A stretch of 32,000 nt of DNA from Gemmata obscuriglobus. Its GTDB lineage: Bacteria > Planctomycetota > Planctomycetia > Gemmatales > Gemmataceae. This document shows, piece by piece, positions 8,394 through 17,234 of the stretch. Every line of letters begins with the position of its first letter. Position 1 is the first letter of the stretch. The notes under the pieces were generated by a model that saw only the letters and a program-made list of their open reading frames with translations, made no database searches and was not told the origin of the DNA. The position numbers were made by a program, and so were the translations under genes. The DNA is taken from positions 1,980,001-2,012,000 of the forward strand of contig NZ_CP042911.1 in the NCBI RefSeq assembly GCF_008065095.1, written 5' to 3'.

Positions 8394-9479
8394 ATGTCAC
8401 GGAACGGCACGCTTCGGTTCGCGTTTGGTTCGTTGCTTGTGCTTTCGGTGCCCCTCGTGGCGGTGGCGGACGATGACCTCGTCCGCCAGGTTCGGGACGG
8501 ACACCGGGCGGCTCGTGAGTCGATCCAGACGCTCACTGCGACGCTGACCAGTGAGCAAATTCATCCGGATCGCCAGATCGTGACTCAAGCAAAGTACAGC
8601 CGTTCTGGCGGTGTCGCCCGCATTCGGGAAGGCCGGGAAGGTGGCCACACCGAAGACCTGTTGATGAAAGGGGGCGAAATCCGCCACATCGGGCGGTCGT
8701 GGAAGGCGGGGAAGGCTGGGCCGTCTGCGGTCGCTTTCCGCGCGCCGGGAAACGCGTTCTTTGGCCCGGGCGATGTGTGGCGCGAAATGTTGATTGAACT
8801 CACCGGCCCGGCCGGGGGGCAACTGGATCTCGACCAGCTCCTGACAGCGGCAGACGGCCCCGTGCGGGCAGATCGAGAGAAGCTGGACGGCCGCGAGTGC
8901 GTTCGGCTGCGGTTTTCGGCAACGTACCCGAGCGGCGCGAAGGAGCGTGTGACGCTTTGGCACGACATCGGCCGCAATTATTTGGTCTGCCGAGTGCTAG
9001 TTGAACGTCCCGACCTGCCGACCTCTCGCTACAGCGTGCTTCAGGTTCTCGATTTTATCGAGCCGCAACCGGGTGTCGTCTTTCCCGTTAAGGTGCGGCG
9101 CGAACACTTTCGTAACGGGGAGATGTTTTCCGCCACGGTTGCCACGCTCACAGACGTAACCATCAACAAGCTGTTGCCGCCCGACGCACTGGCGCTTCCG
9201 CAAGTACCGAGGGGAACGACGTTGCACGACCGAATTGAAGGCAAGGAAGGGCCGATCGATTCGGATTGGAAGCCGCTGGGGGTGATGCGGCCGGCGGCCC
9301 CGCCCCCCCTTCCGCCGGCGCCGAAAGTCGCGCCGGCGGACGCCCCCGCCGTACCGTCCACGTCCGAACCAGTTTCGACCGGTCGTTGGGTGCTGAGCGG
9401 CTCGCTTGTGCTTCTTGTTCTTGCGGCCGGTGTGGCCGTCGTCAGCCGGGTGCGTGCTCGCCGTAACTCTACTGCTTGA
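8394..9479 (+). CDS. hypothetical envelope protein (signal peptide, Pro-rich linker, C-terminal TM anchor)
   Basis: 361 aa from ATG 8394. Signal [25 protein letters not shown], a Pro-rich stretch ([22 protein letters not shown]) and a C-terminal helix ([19 protein letters not shown]). A LolA/RseB-like fold is only a weak guess. The track ORF start at 8364 is a TTG. Confidence 0.8.
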   Translation: MSRNGTLRFAFGSLLVLSVPLVAVADDDLVRQVRDGHRAARESIQTLTATLTSEQIHPDRQIVTQAKYSRSGGVARIREGREGGHTEDLLMKGGEIRHIGRSWKAGKAGPSAVAFRAPGNAFFGPGDVWREMLIELTGPAGGQLDLDQLLTAADGPVRADREKLDGRECVRLRFSATYPSGAKERVTLWHDIGRNYLVCRVLVERPDLPTSRYSVLQVLDFIEPQPGVVFPVKVRREHFRNGEMFSATVATLTDVTINKLLPPDALALPQVPRGTTLHDRIEGKEGPIDSDWKPLGVMRPAAPPPLPPAPKVAPADAPAVPSTSEPVSTGRWVLSGSLVLLVLAAGVAVVSRVRARRNSTA

Positions 9480-9487
9480 GGTCGCCC

Positions 9488-9835
9488 ATGAGAACGATAG
9501 GTTTCCTCCCCGACCGGGCCGTGCCGGGCGTCTTCCCACGCGTTACCGGTGGACTGGTCGCCAGCCCGACCGCGGTCGTACTCGGCGACATCCCGCTCGA
9601 GCAACCGACGAGAATGACCGTCCGGCTCCGCAACAACGGTGCCCTCAATCGGCGCGTCCAATCGGTGGGTGGTCTGCAACCGGACCGGTTCGATGTCCGA
9701 TTGGTGTCGCCCGATGCTTCCGACTCCGGCCACCCCGCTCCGGAATTGCCTGTCGCCGGGACCGGGATGGTTCGGGTGGGGGACGGCTCGTTCACGCTGA
9801 CCATCCCGGTGACAACCGTTGGGGCGAAACCATGA
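9488..9835 (+). CDS. small hypothetical protein, possibly an Ig-like (DUF1573-like) fold
   Basis: 115 aa from ATG 9488, 8 nt after the upstream stop. The segment [31 protein letters not shown] resembles DUF1573-type beta-sandwich proteins. Its TGA (9833-9835) overlaps the ATG (9832-9834) of the next gene. Confidence 0.6.
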   Translation: MRTIGFLPDRAVPGVFPRVTGGLVASPTAVVLGDIPLEQPTRMTVRLRNNGALNRRVQSVGGLQPDRFDVRLVSPDASDSGHPAPELPVAGTGMVRVGDGSFTLTIPVTTVGAKP

Positions 9836-10773
9836 CCCGCACGCGCACTGCCTTCACTCTTGTCGAAGTTCTGGTCGTAATCGGGGTGACGGGTGTCCTG
9901 ATCGGTTTGCTCCTGTCTGCGGTCCAGGCGGCACGCGGGGCGGCGGCCCGACTCGCGTGCGCGAACAACCTGAAACAGATCGCTCTCGCGACCCACCACT
10001 ACCACGAGGCGCGAGGCACGTTCCCGGCGGCCTACGACTCGCTCAACGGCCCTCCGGGTTCGCTCGCGTGGCCGGTTGTTCGCTGGCCGGTACGGCTCCT
10101 TCCGTACCTCGATCAAGACGCTCTTTGGGCACAAACTGAGGCGGCGTATCGGGTAACAACGGACGCGAATCGGAACCCGCCGCATGTCGGCTTGTCCACG
10201 GTCGTCAAAGTGTATGCGTGCCCGGCCGACGGGCGGTTGGCCGCTCCTCTTACCGACGACCGCGGGTACACAGCCGCTTACGGCTCGTACGAAGGCGTCG
10301 GTGGTGGCGTCGCGCGGGCCGGACACGAAGGCGCCGATGGGGTGACGCGGCCGGCGGGCTCCGACGGCGTGATGCGGGGGCCGCTCGGAGTGCGGTTGGC
10401 CGAAATCACCGACGGCGCGAGTGCGACCGTGATGATCGGTGAAAAACCGCCCTGGGGGCGGTACCTCGGTGGCACGTGGTACGCAAGCATCATTGACGAC
10501 CCGGCGCTGGTGAGCGACCCGAATTATGGCGGGGGGGCGATCGGCTCAATGCACGCGCGCGACGACGGCGACTGGTACGGCTGTCGCGGGCCGTTCCGGT
10601 TCGGCCCCGGGCGGTTGAGCAACCGATGCGACGCAAACCATTTTTGGAGCACGCACGGTGGCGGTGGACAGTTCGCTTTCGCGGACGGCGCGGTCCGGTT
10701 CCTCTCCTACGCGGCGGCCGACATTCTACCCGCACTGGCGACCCGTGCCGGCGGCGAAATCGTTCCGGACTAG
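9832..10773 (+). CDS. DUF1559 family protein with a prepilin-type N-terminal motif
   Basis: 313 aa. N-terminus [59 protein letters not shown]-terminus [17 protein letters not shown]...[13 protein letters not shown] overlap with the preceding gene. The track ORF start at 9406 was rejected. Confidence 0.9.
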   Translation: MTRTRTAFTLVEVLVVIGVTGVLIGLLLSAVQAARGAAARLACANNLKQIALATHHYHEARGTFPAAYDSLNGPPGSLAWPVVRWPVRLLPYLDQDALWAQTEAAYRVTTDANRNPPHVGLSTVVKVYACPADGRLAAPLTDDRGYTAAYGSYEGVGGGVARAGHEGADGVTRPAGSDGVMRGPLGVRLAEITDGASATVMIGEKPPWGRYLGGTWYASIIDDPALVSDPNYGGGAIGSMHARDDGDWYGCRGPFRFGPGRLSNRCDANHFWSTHGGGGQFAFADGAVRFLSYAAADILPALATRAGGEIVPD

Positions 10774-10939
10774 TTCCGAAGCACGTCGGGCTGGCATGGC
10801 AGTCCAATATCGCCCTCGGCCCGGACAGCGTTTTCGGTCAGTAGCCGGGCGCAACTCGACGCTGGTGTGTCCAGACTCTGTGGCAGATATTACAACACGC
10901 GCAGAAGCTGGCTGGTGCCGACGGACGGGCTTCGCCCCG

Positions 10940-11197
10940 TCAGTCGGTCCCAGTCGGCGTTTTGGGCGTTCCCTTTTCTCGGCGTGGCGGTAACGGGCGC
11001 TCGATCGGCACCGGGGCTGCCACCTTGCGGTACCCCAGACACCGCGCGACATGCAACACCTCGAGCCACGTCGGGTAGCGCCGGCCGAACCGCTTCTGAA
11101 ACTCGGCGATCGCGCGCAGGAACTCGACCTCGTCATCGGCCATGTCGCCACCGTCGAAGTACGGAGAGTAAGAGGTGTAACTCATCCAGTGCGACAT
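10940..11197 (-). CDS. small hypothetical protein
   Basis: 85 aa from ATG 11195-11197, with GAAGGTGA upstream. Sequence: [58 protein letters not shown]... The upstream part of the 138-aa track ORF looks non-coding and AT-rich. Confidence 0.55.
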   Translation of the reverse strand: MSHWMSYTSYSPYFDGGDMADDEVEFLRAIAEFQKRFGRRYPTWLEVLHVARCLGYRKVAAPVPIERPLPPRREKGTPKTPTGTD

Positions 11198-11429
11198 GGG
11201 GCCGTCACCTTCTTTATTGGACCGCAACGGGATAAGGCCAGAAACCCGGCGCGGCAACGGAACACTTCGACCCAGTACCGGGCGCACCCGGCGCAGGTTG
11301 ATTAGTGATATTTTGTACACTTTCGATATTGCGCGACGCAAGGTGATTGTCAACACGAGGGCGCGGATTTTTCGCGCGGTAGCGGATACGATGCGCAGGA
11401 CCGGAACTGCGGGCCGTGAGGGGTGTGCG

Positions 11430-12173
11430 ATGCGATGCGTACTGGCTGGGGGTGTTGCGTTCGTGCTGGCGTGCGCGGTCGGGACCGCCGACGAGCCGCA
11501 GAAGCCGCGCGAGAAGCCGAAGTACGAGTACCGCCAGGAGCACGACCCGAACGGGATCGGGAAGTTCTACCTCGACCGCGAGATCGCGCACGTCATGGGT
11601 TTCCAGGCCGCCGGCTGGCTCGAACGCAAAGAGCGCATCAAGGAGGAAGACCCCGAAAAGCTCATCAAGGCGCTCGACCTCAAGGAGGGCATGGTGGTCG
11701 CGGACGTGGGCGCCGGCAGCGGCTATCACACGTTCATGATGGCGCCGCGGGTGGGCGAGAAGGGGAAGGTGATCGCGTCGGACATCCAGCAGGAGATGCT
11801 CGACATCGTCACCAAGAAGGCCAAGGACAAGAAGCTCACGAACGTCGAGGCCGTGAAGGGCACCACCACCGACCCGAAGCTACCCGCGGGGCAGGTGGAT
11901 CTCATCCTCTTGGTGGACGTGTACCACGAGTTCGAGTTCCCCTACGAGATGACGGAAAAGATGGTCGCGGCGCTCAAGCCGGGCGGGCGCCTGGTGTTCG
12001 TCGAGTTCCGGCTGGAAGACGACAAGGTCGCGATCAAACTGGTCCACAAGATGAGCGAGCGGCAGGTGCTGAAGGAGGCCGCGGTGTTCCCGGAACTGGA
12101 GCACACGAAAACCGTGGGCACGCTCCCGTGGCAGCACGTCGTCATTTTCACCAAGAAGGGCGAGAAGAAGTGA
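11430..12173 (+). CDS. class I SAM-dependent methyltransferase with a signal/lipobox-like N-terminus
   Basis: 247 aa from ATG 11430. Motif I is [15 protein letters not shown], followed by [19 protein letters not shown] and [12 protein letters not shown]. The N-terminus [18 protein letters not shown] looks like a signal peptide. Confidence 0.87.
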   Translation: MRCVLAGGVAFVLACAVGTADEPQKPREKPKYEYRQEHDPNGIGKFYLDREIAHVMGFQAAGWLERKERIKEEDPEKLIKALDLKEGMVVADVGAGSGYHTFMMAPRVGEKGKVIASDIQQEMLDIVTKKAKDKKLTNVEAVKGTTTDPKLPAGQVDLILLVDVYHEFEFPYEMTEKMVAALKPGGRLVFVEFRLEDDKVAIKLVHKMSERQVLKEAAVFPELEHTKTVGTLPWQHVVIFTKKGEKK

Positions 12174-13252
12174 TCGCGCTGCTACTCGTGTGCCTCGGCG
12201 CGCCCCCGGCGCCGCCGGCCGTCGTCAAATCCGAACCGGACGCCGCACTCACCGCCTCGTTCCGTCAGAAGGACGGGTGGGTCGGTGGCGACGGGGCGTT
12301 CTCCGTTTCGCTCGGCGAGAAGCGGGCGCTGTGGCTGTTCAGCGACACCTGGGTCGGTGCCGTTCGCGACGGTAAACGCAAGGACGTGGAACTGGTCAAC
12401 AACAGCGTCGGCGTCGAGGACGGAACCGGTGCCGACCGCAAGCTGTCGTTCGCGATCCAGAAGGGGGCGAAGGGCAAGCCCGCCGCGCTCTTTACGCCGC
12501 CGGACGGGGAAGGGTGGTTCTGGCAGTTCGCCGGGCACGTGGCGGACGACAAGTTGCACGTCTTTCTGCCCCGGTTCGAGAAGACGAGCGACCCCGGGGC
12601 GTTCGGGTTCCGGGGCTTCGACCTGTGGCTGGGCACGGTCGCGCGGCCGGACGCCGACCCGCTCAAGTGGAAGCCCGAGTACACCAAGGTGCCGTTCGCG
12701 GACCTGACGGGCAAGCGCAAGTGGGCGTTCGGCTCGGCGGTGCTGACGGTCGGCGATTTCGCCTACGTTTACGGCTACGAAGAAACGCCGAGCAAGCCGT
12801 TCCCGGTGCGGAAGCTGCTCACCGCCCGCGTTCCCAGGGACAAGCTGGCCGACTTCAAGGCGTGGCGGTTCCTGGCGAACGGCGAATGGACGGCCGACCC
12901 GAAGGACGCCGCGGGGCAGGCCGACAAAGTTGCGGTGGAGCTTTCCGTGAGCTACCTTCCCGGCCTCAAGCAGTACGCGCTGGTCCACACCGAAAACGGC
13001 CTTTCGGACCGCATCGTCGGCCGGTTCGCGCCGGCCCCCGAAGGGCCGTGGTCGGACCCCGTGCTGCTGTACACGTGCCCCGAGATGAAAAAGGACAAGC
13101 GGGTGTTCAGCTACGCGGCGAAGGCGCACTCGCACCTCGCGACCGGGAACGAACTGGTGATCTCGTATGTGGTCAACTCGTTCGACCTGGGGCCGGTCGT
13201 CAACAACGCCGAGCTGTACTGGCCGCTGTTCGTCCGGGTGCGGCTGAAGTGA
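12170..13252 (+). CDS. secreted DUF4185-like (putative glycoside-hydrolase-like propeller) protein
   Basis: 360 aa from GTG 12170, which overlaps the methyltransferase TGA (12171-12173) as GTGA. It has a hydrophobic N-terminus ([17 protein letters not shown]). GWVGGDGAFSVSLGEKRALWLFSDTWVG and the C-terminal NELVISYVVNS...YWPLFVRV resemble DUF4185-type proteins. The family call is from memory only. Confidence 0.75.
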   Translation: MIALLLVCLGAPPAPPAVVKSEPDAALTASFRQKDGWVGGDGAFSVSLGEKRALWLFSDTWVGAVRDGKRKDVELVNNSVGVEDGTGADRKLSFAIQKGAKGKPAALFTPPDGEGWFWQFAGHVADDKLHVFLPRFEKTSDPGAFGFRGFDLWLGTVARPDADPLKWKPEYTKVPFADLTGKRKWAFGSAVLTVGDFAYVYGYEETPSKPFPVRKLLTARVPRDKLADFKAWRFLANGEWTADPKDAAGQADKVAVELSVSYLPGLKQYALVHTENGLSDRIVGRFAPAPEGPWSDPVLLYTCPEMKKDKRVFSYAAKAHSHLATGNELVISYVVNSFDLGPVVNNAELYWPLFVRVRLK

Positions 13253-13301
13253 GCGCGGCGTACACTTCCTGTTCGCCCGCCCTCGAACGACGGAGCGCGA
13301 T

Positions 13302-13826
13302 ATGAGCCTGACCGGAAAGCGGGTCGCGGTGCTGGTGGAGCAGCAGTACCAGGAAATGGAAGTGTGGTACCCGGTGTACCGGTTGCGCGAGGCGGGGTGC
13401 GTGGTGGAACTGGTCGGCCCGGAGGCGGGCAAGACGTACTCGAGCAAGCTCGGCTACCCCGCGAAGGCGACGCTGGCGGCGAAGGACGCGCACGCGACCG
13501 ACTTCGCCGCGGTGGTGGTCCCGGGCGGGTTCGCGCCGGACTACATCCGCCGCAGCGAGCCGATGCTGAAGCTGGTGCGCGACGCGCTGGCGCAGAACAA
13601 GCCGGTCGCGGCGATCTGCCACGGCCCGTGGGTGCTGTGCAGTACGACCGGCCTGAAGGGGCGGAAGGTGACGTGCTTCCACTCGATCAAGGACGACGTG
13701 GTCAACGCGGGCGGCACCTACGTCGACCAGGAAGTGTGCGTCGACGGGAACGTCATCACGAGCCGCACGCCGGAGGACTTGCCGGCGTTCGTAGTGGCGC
13801 TGATCGAGATGATGCACAAGGGGTAA
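13302..13826 (+). CDS. DJ-1/PfpI family protein (type 1 glutamine amidotransferase-like)
   Basis: 174 aa. It has the nucleophile-elbow motif AAICHGPWVL, VVVPGGFAPDY and GNVITSRTPEDLPAF. A GGAG Shine-Dalgarno lies 6 nt upstream of ATG 13302. Confidence 0.93.
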   Translation: MSLTGKRVAVLVEQQYQEMEVWYPVYRLREAGCVVELVGPEAGKTYSSKLGYPAKATLAAKDAHATDFAAVVVPGGFAPDYIRRSEPMLKLVRDALAQNKPVAAICHGPWVLCSTTGLKGRKVTCFHSIKDDVVNAGGTYVDQEVCVDGNVITSRTPEDLPAFVVALIEMMHKG

Positions 13827-13931
13827 TTGCGCCGGCTCAATAAATAATCTGAGTCGCACGATTCTGCCGCCGTGCGGCTCGCGCCGCATTCCTGAAAATG
13901 CGGACCGCACAGAAGTCGGAATTCTTCTCTC

Positions 13932-13959
13932 GGGGCGACTGATTGAAGCTCGTCGCCCC
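13932..13959. terminator. hairpin between convergent genes (candidate terminator, no U-tract)
   Basis: GGGGCGAC (13932-13939) pairs with GTCGCCCC (13952-13959) around a 12-nt loop. It lies between the DJ-1 gene (+) and the DUF1559 gene (-). A second hairpin, CCGCATT-cctgaa-AATGCGG, lies at 13884-13903. Confidence 0.3.
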
Positions 13960-13967
13960 GGCGACAC

Positions 13968-14825
13968 TCAGTCTAAAGAGACGATTTCACCTTTGTCGGG
14001 AGTGACTGCGCCCCAAAATGTTGTGTGACTAGTGTTTTCGCCTATGAACCTGACGCTTCCGTCGGCCAGGCCGCAGAGGAGCCCGCCTGACAACGACGAT
14101 TGCGGAATTCGTGGGTCACATTTTTCAAATGTCGGCCGAACTTGGAAGGTCAGTGGCAAGCTTCCAACAGAAACCGCGCCGCCCTGACCCATAGTCGTTT
14201 CTGGACGAACATCGAGAAACATAGGCGAATCCGCAAAGGTCGCTCGACGTGGAACTCCAGATTCGCACGGGATTATCTTCCCAGATCCATCCATACATAC
14301 CGATCCATTGTATTTCCAGTAGAACGTGGTGTAGTTGCAAGAGCCGTAGTGTTCAGTTGTCGCTATAGTTGTTGATAAACCGTCAGGAATCGATGCAGAG
14401 AACCGACCGCCGGAATACACGCGGGGGTTGAAGGCGATGCTCGTCGCGCTCTCCTGGGGCGACTCACTCGTCGGGAAAAGTGGAGCAGGTAGGGTGACTG
14501 TAAGAGAAGGATCTGATCGAAATCGAATCATCTTTGGAGGGTGGTTTAGGTCCGCTTCAAGGAACGGCCCAAGGATGCACATGACAGAATATCCGCCCGT
14601 TGAGTGCATGTTGCCATCGACACTCGGCCACTTGTCTTGATTGGCACTTGCGTAATTGTGAGAGGCAAGGACGACCTGCCTGATGGCATTGGTGTTCACT
14701 AATCGCAGTGCCGCGTTACGAACTTTTTGTACAGCCGGCAGGAGCAGGCCGATAAGAACGGCAATTATGGCGATCACTACAAGCAGCTCCACGAGCGTGA
14801 ACGCACGACGTGATCGATCGACCAT
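13968..14825 (-). CDS. DUF1559 family protein with a prepilin-type N-terminal motif (low-GC, divergent paralogue)
   Basis: 285 aa from ATG 14823-14825, with an AGGAGGA Shine-Dalgarno. N-terminus [42 protein letters not shown]-terminus [13 protein letters not shown]...DKGEIVSLD. Hand counts on 60-nt lines give about 43-57% G+C over most of the gene. Confidence 0.88.
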   Translation of the reverse strand: MVDRSRRAFTLVELLVVIAIIAVLIGLLLPAVQKVRNAALRLVNTNAIRQVVLASHNYASANQDKWPSVDGNMHSTGGYSVMCILGPFLEADLNHPPKMIRFRSDPSLTVTLPAPLFPTSESPQESATSIAFNPRVYSGGRFSASIPDGLSTTIATTEHYGSCNYTTFYWKYNGSVCMDGSGKIIPCESGVPRRATFADSPMFLDVRPETTMGQGGAVSVGSLPLTFQVRPTFEKCDPRIPQSSLSGGLLCGLADGSVRFIGENTSHTTFWGAVTPDKGEIVSLD

Positions 14826-14999
14826 TCTGCCGTCCTCCTGTGCGATTCGCGCATGCACTATAACGCCGGGTCATTGCTGGTCGTCTGTCTATACAACGGC
14901 CGCATCGGGCTGGCAATACGTAGGCCGGTGCCAGAGCCGATGCGGGGTTGCGCCCGGCGGCGCATCGGCCGTGCTGAGGGTGGTTCCAGAGGGGGCCTG

Positions 15000-15662
15000 A
15001 TGACCGAAGCGGAATGGTGGGCGTGTGCCGACCCGGTGAAACTCTTGGCGTCTGCCCGTCGCAAAAAGAAGTTGTTGACGGACCGCAAATTTAGGTTGTT
15101 TGCCGTCGAATGCACCCGCGCCGTGTGGGATTTGTTGCCGAGTGAAAACGGTCACAAAGCCGCAGGTGTGGCGGAGAGATACGCCGATGGCACAGCCACG
15201 AAGAAAGAACTCCTCGCTGCGCATCTCGCCGCAGTACGCGACACCGCGGAGGAGAAGGACATCACCAACCAAGCCGAGTACGCGGCGAATCAAGCGTTGT
15301 TCTCGGCCATCAATGCGTCCGGTGACCGGAGCAACTTACGTTACGCGGCCGAGTGTGCTGTCGAGTGCGCAGCGGATGATTCGGAAGCAGTAGCCGAGCG
15401 CGTGCGGCAGTGCGTGACGCTTCGCGACATTCTCGGCAACCCGTTCCGCCCGGTTGCCTTCACTCCGGACTGGCGCACTGGCACCGCGGTGTCACTGGCT
15501 CGCGGGATGTACGAATCGCGGGACTTCAGCGCGATGCCGATTCTCGCCGACGCCCTTCAAGACGCCGGGTGCGACTCCGACGACATCCTTTCGCACTGCC
15601 AAGGTCCGGGGCCGCACGTGCGCGGATGCTGGGTCGTAGACTTGGTGCTCGGGAAAGAGTAG
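15000..15662 (+). CDS. conserved hypothetical protein (C-terminal ...HCQGPGPHVRGCWVVDLVLGKE type)
   Basis: 220 aa from ATG 15000, preceded by GAGGGGG. MTEAEWWACADPVKLL...RKFRLFAVECTRAVWDLL, ...ILGNPFRPVAF...MPILADALQDAGCDSDDILSHC...HVRGCWVVDLVLGK recalls a family common in planctomycetes and myxobacteria. I do not know its function. Confidence 0.75.
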   Translation: MTEAEWWACADPVKLLASARRKKKLLTDRKFRLFAVECTRAVWDLLPSENGHKAAGVAERYADGTATKKELLAAHLAAVRDTAEEKDITNQAEYAANQALFSAINASGDRSNLRYAAECAVECAADDSEAVAERVRQCVTLRDILGNPFRPVAFTPDWRTGTAVSLARGMYESRDFSAMPILADALQDAGCDSDDILSHCQGPGPHVRGCWVVDLVLGKE

Positions 15663-15817
15663 TATCGAGCCGAACTGGCGGCGTTGAATCGATGGTCGGG
15701 TGCCCGATCCCGGACTGTACCGCGGCGGATGCTGTCGCGCCTCCGACCGCCCTCAAGTCTCAAAACGCTCCCGACCGTTTCGCCCCGCACGTCCGCCGGT
15801 TCAAAAGGAGTGTGCCC

Positions 15818-17011
15818 ATGACTCGGCTCCTGACCGCCCTCGCCATCTGCATCGTCGCGGCCCCCGCCCGCGGCACCGAATCGCCGCTGGCCGAGAAGTT
15901 CTTACACGACGGCCGGCTCGCGGAGGGGGAGACGGCCCTGTTGGTTGTCCTCGACGCCGCCCCGAAGGACGACACGACCCGGTTCGGCCTGGGGATGATC
16001 CAGTTCGCGCGGGCGGTGGAGAACCTCGGCCGGGCGCTGTACGAGTACGGGTGCGTGTCCGAGAAGGCGACGCAGCCGTTTCTGCGGCTCCCGGTGCCGA
16101 AGAACGACGCGCCGGCGGTCATCAGCTACCGGGCACTCGGGCGCATCCTCGACGCCTTCGCCACGGACCTCCAGCGGGCCGAGCGCACCCTCGCCGGCAT
16201 CACCGACGACAAGGTGAAGCTGCGGCTGCGGCTGGCCAACGTCGCCTTCGACTTCGCCGGCACCGGCGAGAGCCACACGACCCTGATCGACCTGCTCAAC
16301 ACGCTGAACGGCGGGCGGTTCGGGTTCCAGACGGACAACCCCGAGTTCCGCGTCCACTTCGACCGCGGGGACGTGGCGTGGCTGCGGTCGTACTGCTATT
16401 TGCTCTCGGCGATGGTGGAAGGGTACCGGTCGGTGGACGAGGAGGCCGGGTTCGAGGTGCGGGTGCGGGACATCTTCCCGAAGGTGGCCCCACCGGCCCG
16501 CGAGCCCGACCCGAACTGGCTCGGCGGGCTCAAGGTCGTGGACCCGCCCCGGCTGCGGCGGGCGCGGCTCCACATGGTGGCGGTGTGCGAACTGAACCGC
16601 GAGACGTGGATGCACATCCGCGTGGAAACCGACGACGACTACGAGTGGCTCCCGCACCCCAAGCAGACCGACCAGTTGGGCCTGCCGCTGACGGACGAGC
16701 GGATCGACGCGTGGCTGGCGATGATGGCGCAAGGAGAAGAGCTGTTGAAGGGCGAGCGGCTGGTGCCGGGGTTCCTGATCTCGTTCGTCTTCCGGGAGCA
16801 CCCGGTCGAACAGGGGCTGAACCTGAAGACCTTGCTCGACGACCCGCCAGCGGACCTGCTGAACGAGAAGCGCCTGCGGTTGAAGGGGATCGATGCGAAG
16901 TACCTGGAGCCGGAGAAGGGCAAGAAGCTACTCGACCTGAGCACGCTGGGGCCGATCAACCAGTTGTTCAACGGGCCGTTCGGGTTCGCCTACGCCGCCC
17001 GATTGAACTGA
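15818..17011 (+). CDS. secreted hypothetical protein
   Basis: 397 aa from ATG 15818, with an AAGGAG Shine-Dalgarno at 15805-15810. Signal peptide MTRLLTALAICIVAAPARG. I recognised no family. The upstream part of the 533-aa track ORF was rejected. Confidence 0.8.
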   Translation: MTRLLTALAICIVAAPARGTESPLAEKFLHDGRLAEGETALLVVLDAAPKDDTTRFGLGMIQFARAVENLGRALYEYGCVSEKATQPFLRLPVPKNDAPAVISYRALGRILDAFATDLQRAERTLAGITDDKVKLRLRLANVAFDFAGTGESHTTLIDLLNTLNGGRFGFQTDNPEFRVHFDRGDVAWLRSYCYLLSAMVEGYRSVDEEAGFEVRVRDIFPKVAPPAREPDPNWLGGLKVVDPPRLRRARLHMVAVCELNRETWMHIRVETDDDYEWLPHPKQTDQLGLPLTDERIDAWLAMMAQGEELLKGERLVPGFLISFVFREHPVEQGLNLKTLLDDPPADLLNEKRLRLKGIDAKYLEPEKGKKLLDLSTLGPINQLFNGPFGFAYAARLN

Positions 17012-17181
17012 CATCCGAGTGGCCGAATCACCGCCGCACCGGGCGCAACTGGCCGCCCAGCGAGCGAACCCTTCGGTGCCGTGGTTTTGCGTGAGCAGAT
17101 GCGAGGCTCAGAGGCTACACGGCAAACGTTCGGCGACGGCTTTGATGAGATCAATTGCCGGACCCGAACACACCGAGGTCA

Positions 17182-17207
17182 CACCCGCCTTCATCAGCAG
17201 GCGGGTG
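17182..17207. terminator. hairpin between convergent genes (candidate terminator, no U-tract)
   Basis: CACCCGCC (17182-17189) pairs with GGCGGGTG (17200-17207) around a 10-nt loop. It lies between the 15818-17011 (+) and 17235-19262 (-) genes. Confidence 0.3.
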
Positions 17208-17234
17208 GCGAACAACCAACAACTTGGGGCGCCG

